A DNA stretch of 64,000 bases from the NCBI GenBank assembly GCA_951406725.2, contig OX597820.1, forward strand, positions 46,686,001 through 46,750,000. The letters run 5' to 3'. The DNA is from Octopus vulgaris (taxonomy: Eukaryota). The notes under the pieces were generated by a model. That model saw nothing but the letters and a program-made list of their open reading frames with translations. It ran no database searches and was not told the DNA's origin. Shown piece after piece: positions 1 to 64,000 of the stretch (position 1 is its first letter; each line of letters opens with the position of its first letter). The position numbers and the translations under genes were made by a program.

Positions 1-152
1 GGAAAGAGGGTATTTTCAAGTTAAAGGAAAGATGGAGATGCATTGTGCAACAAAATGGTTCATATTTGGTTGATTAAAAATGTAATGCCAAGTATTTATT
101 AACCTTTTTCTTTCCTTTAAAAATCGGCACAAACTTTCCGGACAACCCAATA
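1..152 (+). mobile_element. 3' end of mariner transposon (transposase C-terminus and TIR)
   Basis: Positions 3-77 read KEGIFKLKERWRCIVQQNGSYLVD*, a typical mariner C-terminus, followed by TIR-like aaactttccggacaacccaa and TA. Confidence 0.8.
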
Positions 153-318
153 TATATGACAGTCCATATTCTAAATTCTTTTAAACAAGGTTAAATATGT
201 TCCCTGAAGCAGATAAGGTCAAGGTGACCCAACAACTATATCAATCTCAATCACACAACACACCAAGAAAAGCTTTGTAGACCAAACCATTTCTCTTCTT
301 GAAACAACTGACACAGGT

Positions 319-717
319 GGCTGTGTGGTAAGTAGCTTGCTTACCAACCACATGGTTCCGGGTTCAGTCCCACTGCGTGGCATCTTGGGCAAGTGTCTTC
401 TGCTACAGCCTTGGGCCGACCAATGCCTTGTGAGTGGATTTGGTAGACGGAAACTGAAAGAAGCCTGTCGTATATATGTATATATATATATGTATGTGTG
501 TGTATGTTTGCGTGTCTGTGTTTGTCCCCCTAGCATTGCTTGACAACCGATGCTGGTGTATTTACGTCCCCGTCACTTAGCGGTTCGGCAAAAGAGACCG
601 ATAGAATAAGTACTGGGCTTACAAAGAATAAGTCCCGGGGTCGATTTGCTCGACTAAAGGTGGTGCTCCAGCATGGCCGCAGTCAAATGACTGAAACAAG
701 TAAAAGAGTAAAAGAGA
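319..717 (+). mobile_element. tRNA-derived SINE family A with internal (TA)n(TG)n. Other copies (approximate): 2020-2790+, 4185-4860-, 4900-5310+, 14520-14905+, 14925-15305-, 17400-17620-, 20468-20875+, 39520-39740-, 39815-40195+, 46620-47008-, 59378-59790-
   Basis: A-box-like TGGCTGTGTGG, B-box-like GGTTCAGTCC, CORE-like CTTGGGCAAGT, tail GTAAAAGA repeats; many similar copies in window. Confidence 0.9.
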
Positions 718-739
718 GGTATATAAAAACAGACCTTAC

Positions 740-61783
<61,044 letters not shown>

Positions 61784-63419
61784 AACAACATTAACCAGAA
61801 GACAATTGAAAATACAGTTTTGATTTCGAAGCCTATTTTTATCCTTCTTTAACTTTCCAATAGGAAATTTTCTTTTGGTTTGTTTACTTTAGATACACAA
61901 CGTCTTTTCATAATGACAACATAACATTATAATAGCGTTCGAAAAGAATTTCACGAAGATCAACGGTAGCTGAACTAGCAGCCATATTTGATAGTGTTTT
62001 CTATTTCGTCAAATGGTGTTTAGGTTTTGATTGACCAAATATCGTGGCTAAACTGTTGACTTTTTCCTCCCATTTCATTTTCTTTTTCGGTGTTTCGAGA
62101 TATGCTGATAGCAGCAATAAGTTTAAAAAATTTATTGAGTAGGGAAAAGCAGCTAAAACGACTATGTCAGTATGTCGTAATTAACACACTACATGTTCCG
62201 GCATCATGTCAACTCTGACTTCCAGTAGACAAACAAATGCATTCTAGCTGTGGCCATCCTGTCTTTTTCGTGGATATAGAAGACTCTACATGGCAATCAT
62301 GTGTTGGAACATCAGAAACTGAAATTGGGATGATTTATTGCGAAAGTTCCGAGTGATTAGTAACGTAGCTAACAGAGGATGGGAACGGCTCTTTCAGGTC
62401 TGCCGGATAAACCTGTACAGGCGGCGGGGAACGATAAACTCCATGGATGCCCCAAGCAAGACATACATTAAATGTCACTGCGAGTGATTTATTATGAAGC
62501 TAAAATTATTAGGATTTATTTACACATATAAAGTTAGAACGATTTATTAATATTTTATATGAAAGCAAAAAATGATGTAATTAGAAAACCAAATTATAGC
62601 ACAGAAACGTCGAATTTCAAAAAATTTCGGAATTTCTGTAGATGTTCCACGAATGGTGCGATATATATTTCTTTAATCCTGCTCCACATGCATTCTATTG
62701 TGACTATCTGTTGCTGCATCGCTGGCATCAACATAGTGTAACCTGTAGCAATTAATTATAATGCAGGTGCCTGGAAATACTCATTGCATTATGGAAGGCA
62801 GTAATAAGGCGCAAGCGAACAAAATCGTTAGCACGTCGGGCAAAATGCTTAGCGGCATTTCGTCCGTCCTTACGTTCTGAGTTCAAATTCGGCCGCGGTC
62901 GACTTTGCCTTTCATTCTTTCGGGGTTGATAAATTAAGTAACAGTTGTGTACTGGGGTCGGTCTAATCGACTAGCACCCTCCCCAAAAATTTCGGGCCTT
63001 GTGCGTAAAGTAGAAAAGATTATTGAAGGCAGTAACAAAGCGGCGAGCTGGCAGAAACGTTAGCACACCGGGAGAAATGCTTTGCGGTATTTCGTCTGTC
63101 TTTACGTTCTGAGTTCAAATTCCGCCAAGGTAGACTTTGCCTTTCATCCTTTCGGGGACGACATAAAAAAAAGTGCCCGTTGAGTACGAGGTCGATCTAA
63201 TTGATTGTCCCCCTCCCCTAAAAATTTCAATCCTTATGCTGATAGTAGAAATTCTTCAAATGCCATTGAGGTCATCTTAGCCTTTTGAAGTCGAAAAAAT
63301 AATTACCAGTTAAACAGTAGGGTCGATACAGTCAACATGCTCCCTTCCCCTAAAAACTACTGGCCTTGTATCAAAATTTCAGACACTCATTATAGGCTGT
63401 AATGTGGAAGTACTTTGGT

Positions 63420-63630
63420 CTCTAGCGTAGCTAGGGATAGGTGTGAGGGAAAGGCAGTCCACTCCAGGTCGCGAAATTCTTTTCCTACGAGAGTTCCGAA
63501 TCCCAGTATTGAACTCATTTGCATACAGCCAATCAGAGTTCACTTTGACCTTGTTATCAAGTTAACAAAGGTGAGCATTCAAAATGGCGACCTCTGATTG
63601 CCATGCGAATCTTTGTCTAGTAAATTACGC
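63420..63630 (+). promoter_or_regulatory. Possible promoter / 5' end of a divergent plus-strand gene
   Basis: TCGCGA 63469-63474, octamer ATTTGCAT 63517-63524, CCAAT 63529-63533, donor-like AAG|gtgagc at 63571, YY1-type AAAATGGCG 63581-63589. Confidence 0.45.
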
Positions 63631-64000
63631 AAATTGGCAACACTTATGGCATCATCTGCAAGCAGCTCTCCATTCCCTATATAAACTAAATTTCACATTT
63701 GTCACCCCTATTAACCCGTTTATAACAGTTAGATTTTGCTATAACGCACAATTTTCCACTGAACTCAACTAGAGTATTTTCCTGACTGGTCCTCAATGGG
63801 TCAATCAGAGTATGTTCCGAGGAATTGCTTTCTACACAACATATTTTGTCTATGGGGGGTTGTTGTTTGTTTGTTACCTCTCGAGCCACGCCTTGTTCAT
63901 AAGGGTCGGTTTCCCTGTTTCCTTGGCGTATAGGTTCACCTGGACGGGATGCCGGTCCGTCGCAAGTGAGCTGCAAGATGCAGGAGGAAAGAGTGAGAGA

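Noticed and set aside
61800-62320. RFX X-box expected for a ciliary gene
   Set aside because: Only partial matches (tgctgatagcagca, ctacatggcaat); not distinguishable from chance by eye

Overview
This is eukaryotic, AT-rich, microsatellite-laden DNA. The SINE/RTE repeat landscape suggests an octopus genome (inference). The window holds the 5' third of an axonemal dynein heavy chain gene, DNAH3, on the minus strand. I traced 26 GT-AG exons by hand; they join in phase (3995 nt, about 1331 codons) from a putative first exon at 61751-61783 to the start of AAA1 at 740-935, and the gene continues beyond position 1. Introns contain tRNA-derived SINEs, RTE and R4/Dong LINE remnants, decayed Tc1/mariner transposases, piggyBac-type and Merlin-type MITEs, and a probable solo LTR. 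The most notable signal is a set of short elements beside (TA)n/(CA)n tracts, often folded back as inverted repeats, that carry minimal type I hammerhead ribozyme motifs. Their catalytic cores vary: C3-G8, U3-A8 and G3-C8 compensatory forms and a U4C form, mostly with a palindromic stem III. They are probably termini of Penelope-like elements, but no Penelope ORF is visible here, and no folding program or database search was run.
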